Assembly (NCBI RefSeq): GCF_009914755.1 | Contig: NC_060936.1 | Origin: the human T2T-CHM13v2.0 reference genome, Homo sapiens | Length of the DNA stretch: 64,000 nt | Reading direction: 5' to 3' (one strand) | Part shown: in pieces, positions 1 to 52,030 of the stretch | Numbering within the stretch: position 1 is the first letter of the stretch | Layout: every line of letters starts with the position of its first letter | The notes under the pieces: generated by a model | Database searches by the model: none | What the model was told of the DNA's origin: nothing | What the model saw: the letters and a program-made list of their open reading frames with translations, nothing else | Program-made: the position numbers and the translations under genes

Positions 1-390
1 ATAGGGATATCCAGTTTTCCCTGTATCATTTATTGAAGAAACTGTCTTTCCCCCAGTGTCTGTTCTTGGCACCTTTGTCAAAAATCAGTTCAATACAGAT
101 ATATGGATTTGTTTCTGGATTCTGGATTCCATTCCATTGGTCTGTGTCTGTTTTTATGCCAGTACCATGCTGTTTTGATTATTATAGCTCTGCAGTATAA
201 TTTGAAGTCAGGTAATGTGATTCCTCCAGTTTTGTTCTTTTTGCTCAGGATAGCCTTGGCTATTCTAGGTCTTTTGTGGTTCCATTCTAGGTCTCTTAGG
301 GTTGTTTTTTCTATTTCTGTTAAGAATGTCATTGGTATTTTGATAGGGATTGCATTGAATCTATAGATTGCTTTGGGTAGCAATGGTGTT
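1..390 (-). mobile_element. LINE-1 ORF2 fragment (old L1M-type)
   Basis: ORF 90..440(-) reads [26 protein letters not shown]...[24 protein letters not shown]...[10 protein letters not shown], a recognisable L1 ORF2p C-terminal segment; degenerate. Confidence 0.9.
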
Positions 391-449
391 CTGATTCTTA
401 ATCCTAATGTTATACTGATTTTTAAAAAATGTATTAACAAAGCAACAAC

Positions 450-960
450 ATGAAGTCACATGTTCTGATTTTTTTTGTCTGTATATGCAACTTGTTCTTT
501 CTCTCTGGAAGCTTTTAGAATTTTTTTCTCTGTGTCCAGTACTCTGAGATTCTATAATGATGTGTCTTGGTGTGGGTTTGATTTGTTGTTCTGGATACTT
601 AGGGTGCCTGTTCAATTTGGAGACTGTTCTTCAGTTTGGGATAGTCCTTTTAAATAGTTTTTTTGATGATCTCTTCTGATTCTCTGTTCTCTTTCTGGAA
701 CTCTAATTTAGAACTCTTATTTAGTCCAGACCTTCTGGACTGATCCTTTATTTTTATGTTTTCTCCTAAAGCAGAACAAATTTGATCTTCTTCAACTTTA
801 TCCCCCAGCCTTTTTATAGAATTTTTATTTCTGTAACATGGTTTTAGTTTCCAAGAGCTCTTTTTGCTTATCCGAATAGTAGTTACTCTCAAGTAGTTTC
901 CTGTTGTTATTTTATGAATGCTCTATACTATCTCTTTGAGAAGTCTGATGATGGATTATT
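450..960 (-). mobile_element. Degenerate LINE-1 ORF1-region fragment
   Basis: PTPRHIII (L1 ORF1p TPRHII motif) in ORF 361..615(-); T-rich L1-antisense composition. Boundaries approximate. Confidence 0.55.
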
Positions 961-969
961 TTTAAATGC

Positions 970-1261
970 TTTGTTGTTTCAGACGGAGTCTAGCTCTGTG
1001 GCCCAGGCTGGAATGCAGTGCCGCAATCTCAGCTCACTGCAACTTCCGCCTCCCAGGTTCAATGAATTCTTCTGCCTCAGCCTCCTGAGTAGCTGGAACT
1101 ATAGGCGCGTGCCACCATGCCCAGCTAATTTTCGTATTTTTAGTAGATACGGGGTTTCACCACGTTAGCCAGGCTGGTCTTGAGCTCCTGACCTCAAGTG
1201 ATCCGCCCGTCTCGGACTCCCACAGTTTTGGGATTACAGGCGTAAGCCACCGTGCCCGGCC
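970..1261 (-). mobile_element. Alu (AluS-type), full length
   Basis: Reverse-complement Alu dimer, ending ...gccaccgtgcccggcc. Confidence 0.93.
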
Positions 1262-1757
1262 TATTTTTAAATTTTTTATTTTTAGTGTTTTTTCCCCTCC
1301 CTTGCAATTTATGTTTCCTCTCATTTGCTTTTCCCTTCTTGTTTGTTTCTTACTTGTATATTAAAGTCCTTCCTTAAATGTCTAATGATCTCTGGCTATT
1401 TATTTTGAAGAGTAAGAACACTAAAAAGCTGATTGGAAAGTGGAATGAGGGCTGGGGCACGTAGGCCAAAGTGTTACATGTGGAATTCATTCTAGTTATC
1501 TATATCATTAAGAGAACTCTGATAAGGGTATCTTTGGGATTTTTCGTTTTGGCTGGTGAGATTCCCCAGAGAGGGTTTTCCAAAGGTATAATCAGCCTCT
1601 TGTTTACCTTTGTTTCGTAATAAATATTCTCAAGTTTGCTAAACCAGTTAACATTCTTCTGTTTGATTTCCAGCTTCCAAAATGTTGCTGTTGTTGTCTC
1701 CTTTCCCTTTCTTACGGCCTGGAGAGTAATACATAATTTCACCTTAACTGGAAGCCC

Positions 1758-1812
1758 ATGTATGCATGTATGTATGTATGTATGTATGTATGTATGTATG
1801 TATGTATGTACG
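1758..1812. repeat. (TATG)n microsatellite at the tail of an Alu monomer
   Basis: atgtatgcatgtatgtatg... run seen directly. Confidence 0.9.
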
Positions 1813-1817
1813 TACTT

Positions 1818-1937
1818 ATTTGAGACGGGGTTTCGCTGTGTTGCGCAGGCTGCACTTGAACTCCTGGGCTCAGGAGATCCTCCTGCCTCAGCCTCCGGAG
1901 TAGCTGATACCACAGGTGCGTGCCACCACGTCTGGCT
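1818..1937 (-). mobile_element. Alu monomer (FLAM/AluJ-like)
   Basis: Single-arm Alu consensus: gagacggggtttcgc...ctcctgggctcaggagatcctcctgcctcagcctcc. Confidence 0.8.
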
Positions 1938-2119
1938 GCCCGCATTATTTCTCTAGGATTTTTACTGGAGGTCATTTTACTGGAGGTCAACTGCAGGATC
2001 GTATAGGAAGGTTTTGACACAAATTTTCTGATTGCCTCAAAGCAATATGTATATATGAAAAGAGGTAAGCGTCTGTATAATAATTGTTTGTTTTGCAACA
2101 AGCATTTAATAACTTTCAC

Positions 2120-2532
2120 CGGCACTGCGCACGCTACCTATCTGCCTCAATACTCCGCCCGGCGGTGGGCAGGATATAATGCAAGAGACGTCTGAAAAAG
2201 CAATGAGATGCGCATGACAGCTGGGCGAAGACAGAGGGCAAACTTAAAAGGACCAAGCGCATAGACCACGCCTCTGAAATTGGGGAACGAGGAGGGGTTT
2301 GATCTTGTCGATGATTGGCTGGTCGCTGACCAATCACGGACAGCGATTGATATTTCTAATCGTCGTGATCCACCTCCCCAGGACCTTGGAGCCACGTTTA
2401 CAAATAGGAATAGGGTACGTGGGAGGGATAGAACGTACAGCCAATAAAATCATGTGGCGCCGATGGGCGTGTTGAGGCCGCTGCCTGGCTTAGGGCGGAA
2501 ACAGATTCTCTGCATAAGAAGGGGAACGAAAG
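2120..2532 (+). promoter_or_regulatory. OS9: OS9 CpG-island promoter with CCAAT boxes and CCACG/ACGTGG cores
   Basis: CpG-rich; ATTGG at 2279 and 2314, CCAAT at 2330 and 2441, GCCACGT at 2391, GTACGTGG at ~2415. Confidence 0.7.
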
Positions 2533-29260
<26,728 letters not shown>

Positions 29261-29887
29261 GACCAACACTACACTTGACCCTTCACGGAATCCAGACTCT
29301 TCCTGGACTGGCTTGCCTCCTCCCCACCTCCCCACCCTGGAACCCCTGAGGGCCAAACAGCAGAGTGGAGCTGAGCTGTGGACCTCTCGGGCAACTCTGT
29401 GGGTGTGGGGGCCCTGGGTGAATGCTGCTGCCCCTGCTGGCAGCCACCTTGAGACCTCACCGGGCCTGTGATATTTGCTCTCCTGAACTCTCACTCAATC
29501 CTCTTCCTCTCCTCTGTGGCTTTTCCTGTTATTGTCCCCTAATGATAGGATATTCCCTGCTGCCTACCTGGAGATTCAGTAGGATCTTTTGAGTGGAGGT
29601 GGGTAGAGAGAGCAAGGAGGGCAGGACACTTAGCAGGCACTGAGCAAGCAGGCCCCCACCTGCCCTTAGTGATGTTTGGAGTCGTTTTACCCTCTTCTAT
29701 TGAATTGCCTTGGGATTTCCTTCTCCCTTTCCCTGCCCACCCTGTCCCCTACAATTTGTGCTTCTGAGTTGAGGAGCCTTCACCTCTGTTGCTGAGGAAA
29801 TGGTAGAATGCTGCCTATCACCTCCAGCACAATCCCAGCGAAAAAGGTGTGAAGCACCCACCATGTTCTTGAACAATCAGGTTTCTA

Positions 29888-29893
29888 AATAAA
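29888..29893 (+). terminator. OS9: OS9 polyadenylation signal AATAAA
   Basis: AATAAA ~630 nt after the stop codon, followed by a U/GU-rich downstream tract (cttttttgtggggtgggg). Confidence 0.8.
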
Positions 29894-30485
29894 CAACTGG
29901 ACCATCAATCCATCAACCTTTTTTGTGGGGTGGGGGTTCCAGCAGGGAGAAGGCTCAGTGTTCTTTTCAGATCATGCTCTGATCCTGTTCTTTGCTCCCC
30001 ATTCCCCAGGTACTATAAACGGGGGCTGGGGTATGCAGGAAGAGACCAGGGTAGCTAAACAAAGCCTGGCCTGGCAAGGATTGAAAGAAACACTTGCAAT
30101 GCTGTCATCTTCCTTTTCTCATCTGTCTGTTTCTGTTCCTTCCCTTTTGCACCAAGTCTTTCCCTATTGTTTCCCCCTTTATACCCTGAAAGCCAAAATG
30201 CACACCATGGAGCTCCCCCCGGCGGGGATCTTCCTTCTGCTGTGGTCTCTCCCATATCATGCTCCAGATTCCATTTGTCATCCACACCCCTACCCACCTG
30301 TCCTTTCAACATTTTCCAAAAAGACCTCCACCTTTGGGCATGCGCAGAGAGAGGGCTGCTGCCCACACATGCCAGTTTCTTAGTATGCCCAAGGGTACAT
30401 GGGCCTGGTGTCTCCCTTTCTTCTTCACTACCAAGTGCAGGCATGGGTCCCCCCACATGCCTCCTCCCAGTGCAGAGGACTCTGA

Positions 30486-30652
30486 TTTTGTTTGTTTTGT
30501 TTCGAGACAAGAGTCTCACTCTGTTGCCCAGGCTGGAGTGCAGTGGCCTGATCTCAGCTCACTGCAACTTCTGCCTCCCAGGTTCAAGCAATTCTGCCTC
30601 AGCCTCCCAGTGACTGGAATTACAGGCACACACCACCATGCTCTGCTAATTT
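30486..30652 (-). mobile_element. Right-arm-only Alu with 14-bp TSD
   Basis: agtgcagaggactc at 30469 and 30655 flanks a 5'-truncated Alu. Confidence 0.85.
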
Positions 30653-30758
30653 TGAGTGCAGAGGACTCAGGTAGAGTCCTCTGCTCTGGTCTCTGAGGTG
30701 AACGGCCTTTCTGCTGAAGGCTGCCCCCGGGCTCACAGGATAAGAAAAGGGATAGAGG

Positions 30759-31066
30759 GGCCGGGAGCAGTGGCTCACCCCTGTAATCCCAGTACTTTGG
30801 GAGGCTGAGGCGGGCGGATCACTTGAGGCCAGGAGTTCGAGACCAGCCTGGCCAACATCGTGAAACCCCATCTCTACTAAAAATACAAAAAATTAGCCGA
30901 GTGTGGTGGCGCACGCCCATAATCCCAGCTACACGGGAGGCTGAGCAGGAGAATCGCTTGAACCCGGGAGGCGGAGGTTGTGGTGAGCTGAGATCACACC
31001 ACTGCACTCCAACCTGGGCGACAGAGTGAGACTGTCTCAAATAAAGAAAAAAAAAAAAAAAAAAAA
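30759..31066 (+). mobile_element. Alu (AluS) with TSD ggatagaggg
   Basis: Full dimer with A tail. Confidence 0.92.
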
Positions 31067-33568
31067 GGATAGAGGGCCCAGAACTCCCATGTGTCTATAA
31101 ATGGAGAGTGAAGGATTCAACTGTTGAAGGAAGCTCTTGCTGAACGTGGACTAGTGCTTACTGTGCATGCTATGCTTACGTTGTTTTGTTTTGAAGTGTA
31201 AATAGGTAGACTCAGAAAACCCTGCTTCCTCTGGTCCATCTGCGCCCCCTGAGGGAGGGATGCTCCAGCTGGACAAGAGCTTAGACACTGCCTTGAGGGC
31301 AGCAGTAGTCAGAATGCAGCTCCCAGACCGCACCCCTCATCTCCCACCAGCGGACCCTTGAACAAGTCACTTAACTTTCTAAATGCTGTTTCCTCATTGG
31401 TAAATTGTGGACAACAGTACTGGCTTTTTAAGATGGTTGCGAGGATTGAATGAGATAGAGTGTATGTCGTGCTTTTAGCACAGAACCTGGCCCCAAGTAA
31501 GTGCTCACTAGCTTTCTATTATAAGCCAACTCCTGAGTTCTGAAAAGACTGGGTTACTTGGAGGCAAGAGTCTCAGAAGGAGTCCCCAAAGCTGATCAGA
31601 AGCTCAGAATGGGAAGGGGCTGGGGCAGGAGGGCTGTGCTTTGATTTGCTGGGGATGGAGTCTCAGCATCACCAGAAAGCAGAGTTCTGGAAATCTCACT
31701 CTGTTAATCATTTTGTACTTTCAATCGAAATTCCTTTTTCCTTTCCTTTGGCTTTTGGCGGCAGCACTCCCATGGTGAAGGTCGGTCTGCCCCAGCTGTG
31801 CTAAGACAAACAAAAGGAGGGGAGCAGGGTGTGGCAGATGGCAGCCAGCAGGGCTGCAGGGAGGGCTGGCGGATGGCAATAGGGCATCCTGCATGGCAGG
31901 GCATCCAAGCAAGGCAGCCCAGGGCGAGCTGTGAAGGGGGCATGGGCACAAAGGGGCAGCAGCTCTCCTTCACCCACCCAGGGAGTCCCCTTCTGGGCTC
32001 CTATTTTGTCATAACCTGGAGGGCTTGATATTTTGTCATTCCATCCACTACCACCCTTTACATCTCCCCCGCAAGACCAAAGACACTCCCCATTAAGACA
32101 AGAGGCAAGTGGATTACTTGGTGTTGGGATTTGTTGTGAGGTTTGCTGACACCTTGACCATTTTTCACTGGCTGGAAATGAAAGGAACTTCCCACTTGCT
32201 CTTTGAAGGCAATTTCATTCTCTCCAGGGTCCTTATTTCCTTCCCATATTCTCTCACACTCCCAAACTTCTGAAGAAGGGAGCAAACTTTGGCCACGAGG
32301 AAGGAGGGGAGCTGAAATAAGAGAGTCCAGGGTCTTGGAGGTGAAGGGGGAACGGCCAGGTCCTCTAGTCCAATCTTCTTTGCTACCTCCCCCCTCTTCT
32401 CGCTTTGCCCAGACCACACACCTGCCTCTGTACTTGTCACTGCACCTGCACTGTTGAATCCACCTTTCCTGGGTCACGCCGCTGTGCTGGGTGGTCACAG
32501 CCTAGGACCCTGTAGAGCCGCAGCCTCCATGTGAACTGGATTCAGGTCTGGTGCTGTGTCCTCAGTTCAGTGGCACACTTGCAGCTGAACCTCTTGGGGC
32601 TGGTGGGCACCAAGGGTCAGAAGCAATTCTACCCAAAGATGCTGGTGCTACCAACTAACTCCTCAAGGTAGATAACAACATATGGCTGTGCCCAACCTGC
32701 ACTGGCTGCTGACCCAACCCTACCCTGTCCAGCCCCTCTACCTGAGTAAACACTTTCAGCTGCCCTCGAGAAATGGTAGGATTGGCTATGTGCTGAGCCT
32801 AGTGGCACTGCAGCTCATGGAGGCAGCACCGGCTTCAGGCCGCTGTGGCCTTGGTGGTCCCTTTGATGGCACGGAGGTGGATAAATGCCTGCATCAGCTG
32901 ACACTGAGTTTGTGGACACCAGGGACCTCTGCAGCTAGCTGGGAAATCTTTCCCAGGAGGTCTCCCACCCCTTCCCTCTGGAACACCCCCTGACGAGGCC
33001 AGGGGAGGAACCCCTACTCTATGTTCTACTCTGGTACCTAGTGCTCACGGTGAGCAGGCTGGCTCGGGGCAGCCCTCCTCAGAGCTGGAGCGCCTTTCAG
33101 GTGCCCTCTGAACAGATACTGTTCAGAATACAGATAAACAGATGCCACCAAGGTCCCCTAGCTGTGCAGTGGAGGGGCAGGTTTCAAAATCAGATCTGTC
33201 TCCAAAGTTCCTGCTCTTAAACAAAGCTGTCCCATCTTCCCACCCCTCTCCATGGGCCTGTCCTCTCCTCTAAGTACCATATCCCAACTCTCCCAGGACT
33301 GGCATCATCTTAAGAGTCAGTGCCTTCTCTGTTCCCAGGGTCCCCACTGACTCCAACCTGCCCACGTCCTCCACTACATGAACCCAGAACTGTTGTACAT
33401 GATGGAACCACCTCCATGCCCATGGGTACTGTCCTGCCACCAGCCCCAGTGGGAGGCACCTCTGCCTGTCCCTGTCCAACCCCAGTACCCCATCTTGACC
33501 AAGGCCATGCCCTGACCTGCCTCCAAGAACAGACCAGCAGCTCACCCCCTAGACAAAATCACTTCCTC

Positions 33569-33574
33569 TTTAAT
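33569..33574 (-). terminator. AGAP2: Probable AGAP2 polyadenylation signal (ATTAAA on - strand)
   Basis: TTTAAT on + strand ~1.3 kb beyond the AGAP2 stop; no closer canonical signal noticed. Confidence 0.5.
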
Positions 33575-34599
33575 TGCTGTTGAAGAAGATTCACACCACT
33601 GCCTCCAAGGAGATGGGGGGGCATTTCCCCCTTGCCCCCACCTCTCTCCCCTCCCCAATTACCTGGTCCTTTGCAAACTATTTTAGCCAGAAAAAAAAAA
33701 AAAAAAAAAAGACCGGAAACCACTGACACAGACAGCCCAAGGGCTGGGTTGGCTGAGGGAGGCAGGGCTGGGCCAGGTAAGTCCGCCCTATCACCCAGTT
33801 TGTGGGGAAGGGGCAGGGGGCCTGGAAACCCTCCCAGCCACCTCGAATCCTCTCAGCCCTGGCTGGGAGAGGTCACGGGGGTGAGGAATGGCTCTGGAGC
33901 TGCTCCAGTGGGAGGGAGGGGCTGGACAGAAAGAATAATGGGGGAGGGGTCCCACTGTAGGGGTGCCCCCTACCCCAGATCACCACGGGCGCTGCACAGT
34001 CACAGGTACGCAGTCACGGTCACAGACACAACCCGAGAGCACCCCCACCCCAACCCACCCCCTGCCCACCCTGGGCTTCCCCTACCCCAAAACGCCCTCC
34101 CCACGCCCCTGCCCGCCCCCATCCCCATGTTGGGGAACAAAGCAATAAATTACAAGGCCCCCGCAGCCCTCTTAGCCCGCTCCTGCTCCATCCCTTCTCC
34201 CTCCCAAGATAGTAGTGGGAGGGACCCAGGCTCTTGGTTCCCCCCGGACTCTTTAGCTTCCACCCATGGGTAGGTGTAGGGGACGTCCTGGTTTCCACTA
34301 CTCACGGTCCCTTTCACGGAAAGGGTTGGGAACCCCCACCCCCATGAGCAGCAGGGGTCCTGCCCCTCGCTGCCCTTGCCCCCTTCACTGGGCAGTGAGA
34401 TGAGCATGGAAGGGGTAGGGTTTCCGTATTGGCCCCAAGTCCCGGGGCTAGCCCTCCCATGTACTAAACCCTCCCTCTGGCGTGGCGTCGCCCCAGGAGC
34501 CAGCCTGGGTATGGGCTCCCGCCCTGGGATTGTTGAGCTCGGGCAGGACCGGGTCTTCTTTCCGCCCCTAGGGGGCACAAGCGGGCATGTCCAAGCGCC

Positions 34600-46600
<12,001 letters not shown>

Positions 46601-49600
46601 GGGGCCCGGAGACCCCCGAGCTGGGGAGGGGAGGGGACTCCCCCGGACTGCCTCAGGGGGGCCCGGCCATGGGGCCGCCCTGCTCGCTGCCCCCAGCCCC
46701 CGGACCCCGCTGAGCCCCCGGCCCGGCTCCGCTGTCGCCGCCGCCTCCGCCGCCTCCGCTTGCGCCCCCCTCCCATCACATGGGGCGCCCCCTCCCCATG
46801 CTCCCCGCCCTGCGCCCCCACCCTCTTGGAGCCCCGGGACCTTGGTGCTGCTCCAGGGAGGCGCGCCGGACCGTCCACCCCGGCCTGGGTGGGGGCGCTG
46901 AGATGGGTGGGGGAGGGCGGGGAGGACAGTAGTGGGGGCAAATGGGGGAGAGAGAGGAAAAGGGAGCAGAAAAGGGGACCGGAGGCTAGGGGAAACGAAC
47001 CTGTGCGGGGGAGGCAGGGGCGGGGAATTGGGACTCAAGGGACAGGGGCCGCGGATGCGGTCGGAAAGAGGGTCTAGAGGAGGGTGGGAAGCTAGTGGGG
47101 CTGGCCGTGCGGGGGATTCGCAGGGGCGCGGGGAGGATGCTGGGGATGGAGATACAGGAGGCGGCGGGGGAGGAAAGAGGGAACGGGAGGTGGGTGGGAA
47201 CCCACGGGTCTGGGGTCTGGGAGGGGAGGGGCGTGAGATCCGGGCGAAGAGTCCGGGGGCCTCGCCTGGGCTCGGCTTGGTCCGGATGCGCGCTGTGTCC
47301 GGGCGCTCCCCTCACATTGAGGAGGAGGCGGCCCCCAGGCCCCCCCACCCTATCTCCCCCCCACCTTTTCTCCACCAGCACCGATGTCTGCGAGGGCGGT
47401 GCAAAATCCAGGGCTGGATTTCTCTCCCAAATCCTGGGCTGGATTTCCTGGGACTTGGACTCACCTCCTCCAACAACCTAGCCCCCTCCTCTCGCGCACC
47501 AAGGTTAGGAAGCGCGATTGTGAGGTATGGCATTTAGGGATAAGGGTGAAAATCGATCTATTGGGTGGACAGGGGCCGCGGTAAACAGAGCAAACCCAGG
47601 GTCACTGCCAATTCTGGGGAAGATGAAGTGGGAAAGTGGGGGCCCTGAAATCCCTTCCCCCAGGATCTCTTGTCTCCCCCAGGTACCTGGACGGTTCCCG
47701 TTCTCATGACCCAGCTCCCTTTCCCACTCACACCACCACATTTAATACTTTGACGGGGCCAAGACTTGAGCTCGACTGTCCCAAAGTGAACTTGGAAAAT
47801 GTTCCCCAGGGATGGGGACAAACATGAAACTTAGCAGGGTAGGAGAGAAGGGAGAGATCTGAGTGCTGGAGGAGCCCAGGCCACAGGGTAAGTCAAAGGC
47901 TCCAGCTCTAGGAGGAGGGAGAAGGATGTGTCTTAGACTGATACCCCCCCATGCCAAAATGCATCCAGTCTCCATAGCAACCGTAGCTCCAAGAGTGCCT
48001 CAGAAACAGCGGGCAGAAGCAGAGAGGAATCCGTGTGTATGGTGGGTAGGGGACCAACCGCGGGATGCTGAATTAGTGGAGGCACTGCCCTGACACCTGG
48101 CTACCCACAGGTGGAGGATTTCACTCCCCAAGTATAAGGACCCTTCAGTTGAGGCAGTGAGAGCCGGCCTCTTCAGGGTTCCCTTTCAGTCTCCTGAGGT
48201 TTGCTGAGTGGGATTCTTTCAGAAGATTAAAGAGGAGGCAGGCAGAGTGAATGGAAACCGTCTGCTCCGTGTCCCCCACCCCTCTAGGGGTCTTGGAGTT
48301 CAAGGCTCTCTATCCTCCAGCCAGGTGAGAATCCTGAAGTGGTTAGGCCAAAGTGGAAAAGAGGTTGAGACCCCTTGGGGGTGGGGTAAGATGGGCGAAG
48401 GAAGGTCTCTCTGCAGCCTTGGAGACCCCTTCCCGGGACTTGGGGAGTCACAGCAGTCCCCTGATTTGGCGTCCCACCCTCCTGACGCAGCTGAGACTAT
48501 AATAAGTGCTGCCGTGGGCGGCTCTTGGAGGCAGGAGCCCGCAGCGTGCTTGGCCTGGTGGGGGGCTGAGGGTGGGGGGGCTGAGCCAGGATGCCAGGAG
48601 CCCTTTGTTCTCCCAGAGGCCTGTATCCAATCCCTCCAATGTTCTGTCCTGGGGCTCAGCAGTTTCTCCCTCCCTCCCTACAGAACCAAGATGACACCAT
48701 CCCCAGGACAGGAGACCCTTCAGTAGTGTTTTTTGATGGAGAGGGTGAAGGAGAATTGTTGGCTCTGGCTTAAACTTCCCTCCTTTGATGGCCTCGGTTT
48801 TCCTTTATGTTCAATGGGAACAGAATACTAATTCTTAGAGAAGGAGTAAAACAAATCACTTATGAGGAGTGAAGCCTTCTCAGGGATTTCCACCTCCACC
48901 CCTCCTCACCCTCCTCCCTCTCCAGAGCTAAGCACAGCTTTTCTGCCTGGCCTAAACCGCTCTTCTCCTTTATTATTATTATCATTATTATTTTTGAGAG
49001 GGGTGGGGCTTAGAGTTTCTCCCTAGGAGGCCCCATGGCCCACTCCCCCTTGGTCTGCCTTTCCAAACACTAAGGCTGTCAGGGGAAGCTTCAGGTGTAG
49101 TTCCTGGCAAAGGGTATGGGACAGGAGGTGAGAGGGGCACTAGCCTCCGAAGAACAATGGGAAGGGGATCATCAGACTGTCCCACTAGGCATCCAAAGCA
49201 AGCTGTTCCTTCCCCAAGTTATACTCTGGTGTACTAGCAGAGAGGTCTGGCAGGAGGTGTCCTTGAGGGAAAGAATGATCTCTTGACAACCACCCAGGTA
49301 GGCAGGTAACAATGGAGAAGACTGAAATGGCTGGAAGAGATCAGGATATGATGGAAGAAGTGTTTCCACCAGATACCTTTCATGAGCAAAGAAGGCTGCT
49401 TTTGTTAGCTCTTTGCTGCATCAGAGGTGAATGGAATGACAGCGAGCTGGAACAACCTCCAGTTCCACCAGTTCCTCAGTGGTAGGGCCTTGTGGATGGA
49501 GAGAAGCTGTTCCTGCCAGGGCTCCACCACAGGACTGAAGCCTGGGGTGGGCAGGAGGATGTGGCGGATGGTGTTGCCATGGCAGCATTTCCTCCCTGTG

Positions 49601-50265
49601 TTGTCATCACTTGCTCTAATGGCACTAAGGAGGTAGAGCGGAAGGTGTGTGGGGGGAAGACAGGAACAGGAGCAAGGGGAGGAGAGGGGACCAAGAAGAG
49701 TTCTGGGGACCTATCTGCACTTTGGCTCTGCAGAGCATAGTGTGTGAGAGTTAGTATGCGCTTGGGAGCCTGAGATTCTCTGCATGGTGTACTTCAATGT
49801 GCATGCGTGTGTGTGTGTGTGTATGTGTGTGCATGTGTTTCTCTCTACAGCTGGAGAACAAGAGGTCACTGATCCTTTGTGGGTCCTGGGAATGAACTCA
49901 TTATCCAGTCCCAGAACCTGCTGCCCCAGACTGCTTCCTGCTCTGGACTCCCCAGGCAGGGAACAAGTCTACCATGAGTCTGTCACAGCCCATCTTCCCC
50001 ATGCTCACACATTTCTTCATTGCCAAGAAGGTCAGCTCAACAGGGACCTGTATTTTGATCTCCTGGGAGAAGGATCAGAGCAGGGAAAGAGAAAGAATGA
50101 TACCTCCCATGTCTTTTTCCATCCTCCCTAAATGTATTCTTTCCCAGAGTCCCATCTTGGGGACTAGGAAGTAGCTGACTGGGAATTGATATATGATACA
50201 GCTAAACCTTCTATGCACCTGCTAGTCCCCGATACACCCAAGTTGAGGGCTGACCTTTCTCTTAC

Positions 50266-50425
50266 CTCGAATGCTGTCCAATGAGGCCTGGATGCTGTCC
50301 TGGAGTTCGGGGTCGTCCACCCTCTCTGCCAGCTTCCTGAGGCGGTTTAGAGCCTGCTTGGCCACCTCATGTCGTCTGACTTCTGCTCTCACTGCAGCTA
50401 CAACGAACTGCCTCTGGGCATGCAT
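50266..50425 (-). CDS. AGAP2: AGAP2 alternative first coding exon (PIKE-A/GGAP2 isoform)
   Basis: MHAQRQFVVAAVRAEVRRHEVAKQALNRLRKLAERVDDPELQDSIQASLDSIR then G|gtaag. 160 nt, same phase as PIKE-L exon 1, joining the exon at 43781 (E-AVINSQEW). Without the 60-nt cassette this gives 836 aa. Confidence 0.93.
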
Positions 50426-50962
50426 GTTGCCCAGACCTGTCTTGCCAGGCTAACAACCACCTCTGGCCCTGAGGCCCATGGCCCTACAGCCCCCAAACCT
50501 CAGAAGGCCCCTTCTGCTGTGCCCAGAACTCCCCGCCCCTGCCCGCCCTTCCGTCTGTCGACCTCACTTCCTGACTGGTGAGTTTCAAACCCACAGCCTG
50601 GGACAGCACTACCTCCTGCACCTCCCACCCCCTCTAGTGTTGGCCCATCAACCCTGCCAGCCAGTCCCTGCTATGATTTCCCAGCCAGGTGGATGGAGAA
50701 ATCTTAACAGTGTCCCAGGGCCTCCTGTGGGAGGTGGCTAATTAAGATGGGTGTTGGTTCTGGGAGAATATGGCAAGCTAGGTCCGAGGTGCAATCCTAA
50801 ACTCTTGATGACCTGCGGATTTCAAACTCTCACAGGAATTCATGCACATTTGGTCTGTTACCCTCACAGCCCTGCATTCTAGTATACACTTGTACCCATT
50901 GCCCTCTCTACACATCCCAATGAGCCCTGTATCCTTATGTCTTACGATGTAACCCTTTTTCA

Positions 50963-52030
<1,068 letters not shown>

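Noticed and set aside
31700-33000. Exon-like segments and 90-146 aa ORFs on both strands between OS9 and AGAP2
   Set aside because: Candidate acceptors and donors exist, but I could not join them into an open, recognisable protein; at most a non-coding transcript.
34144-34149. AATAAA in the AGAP2 3' UTR
   Set aside because: It is on the + strand, the wrong strand for AGAP2.
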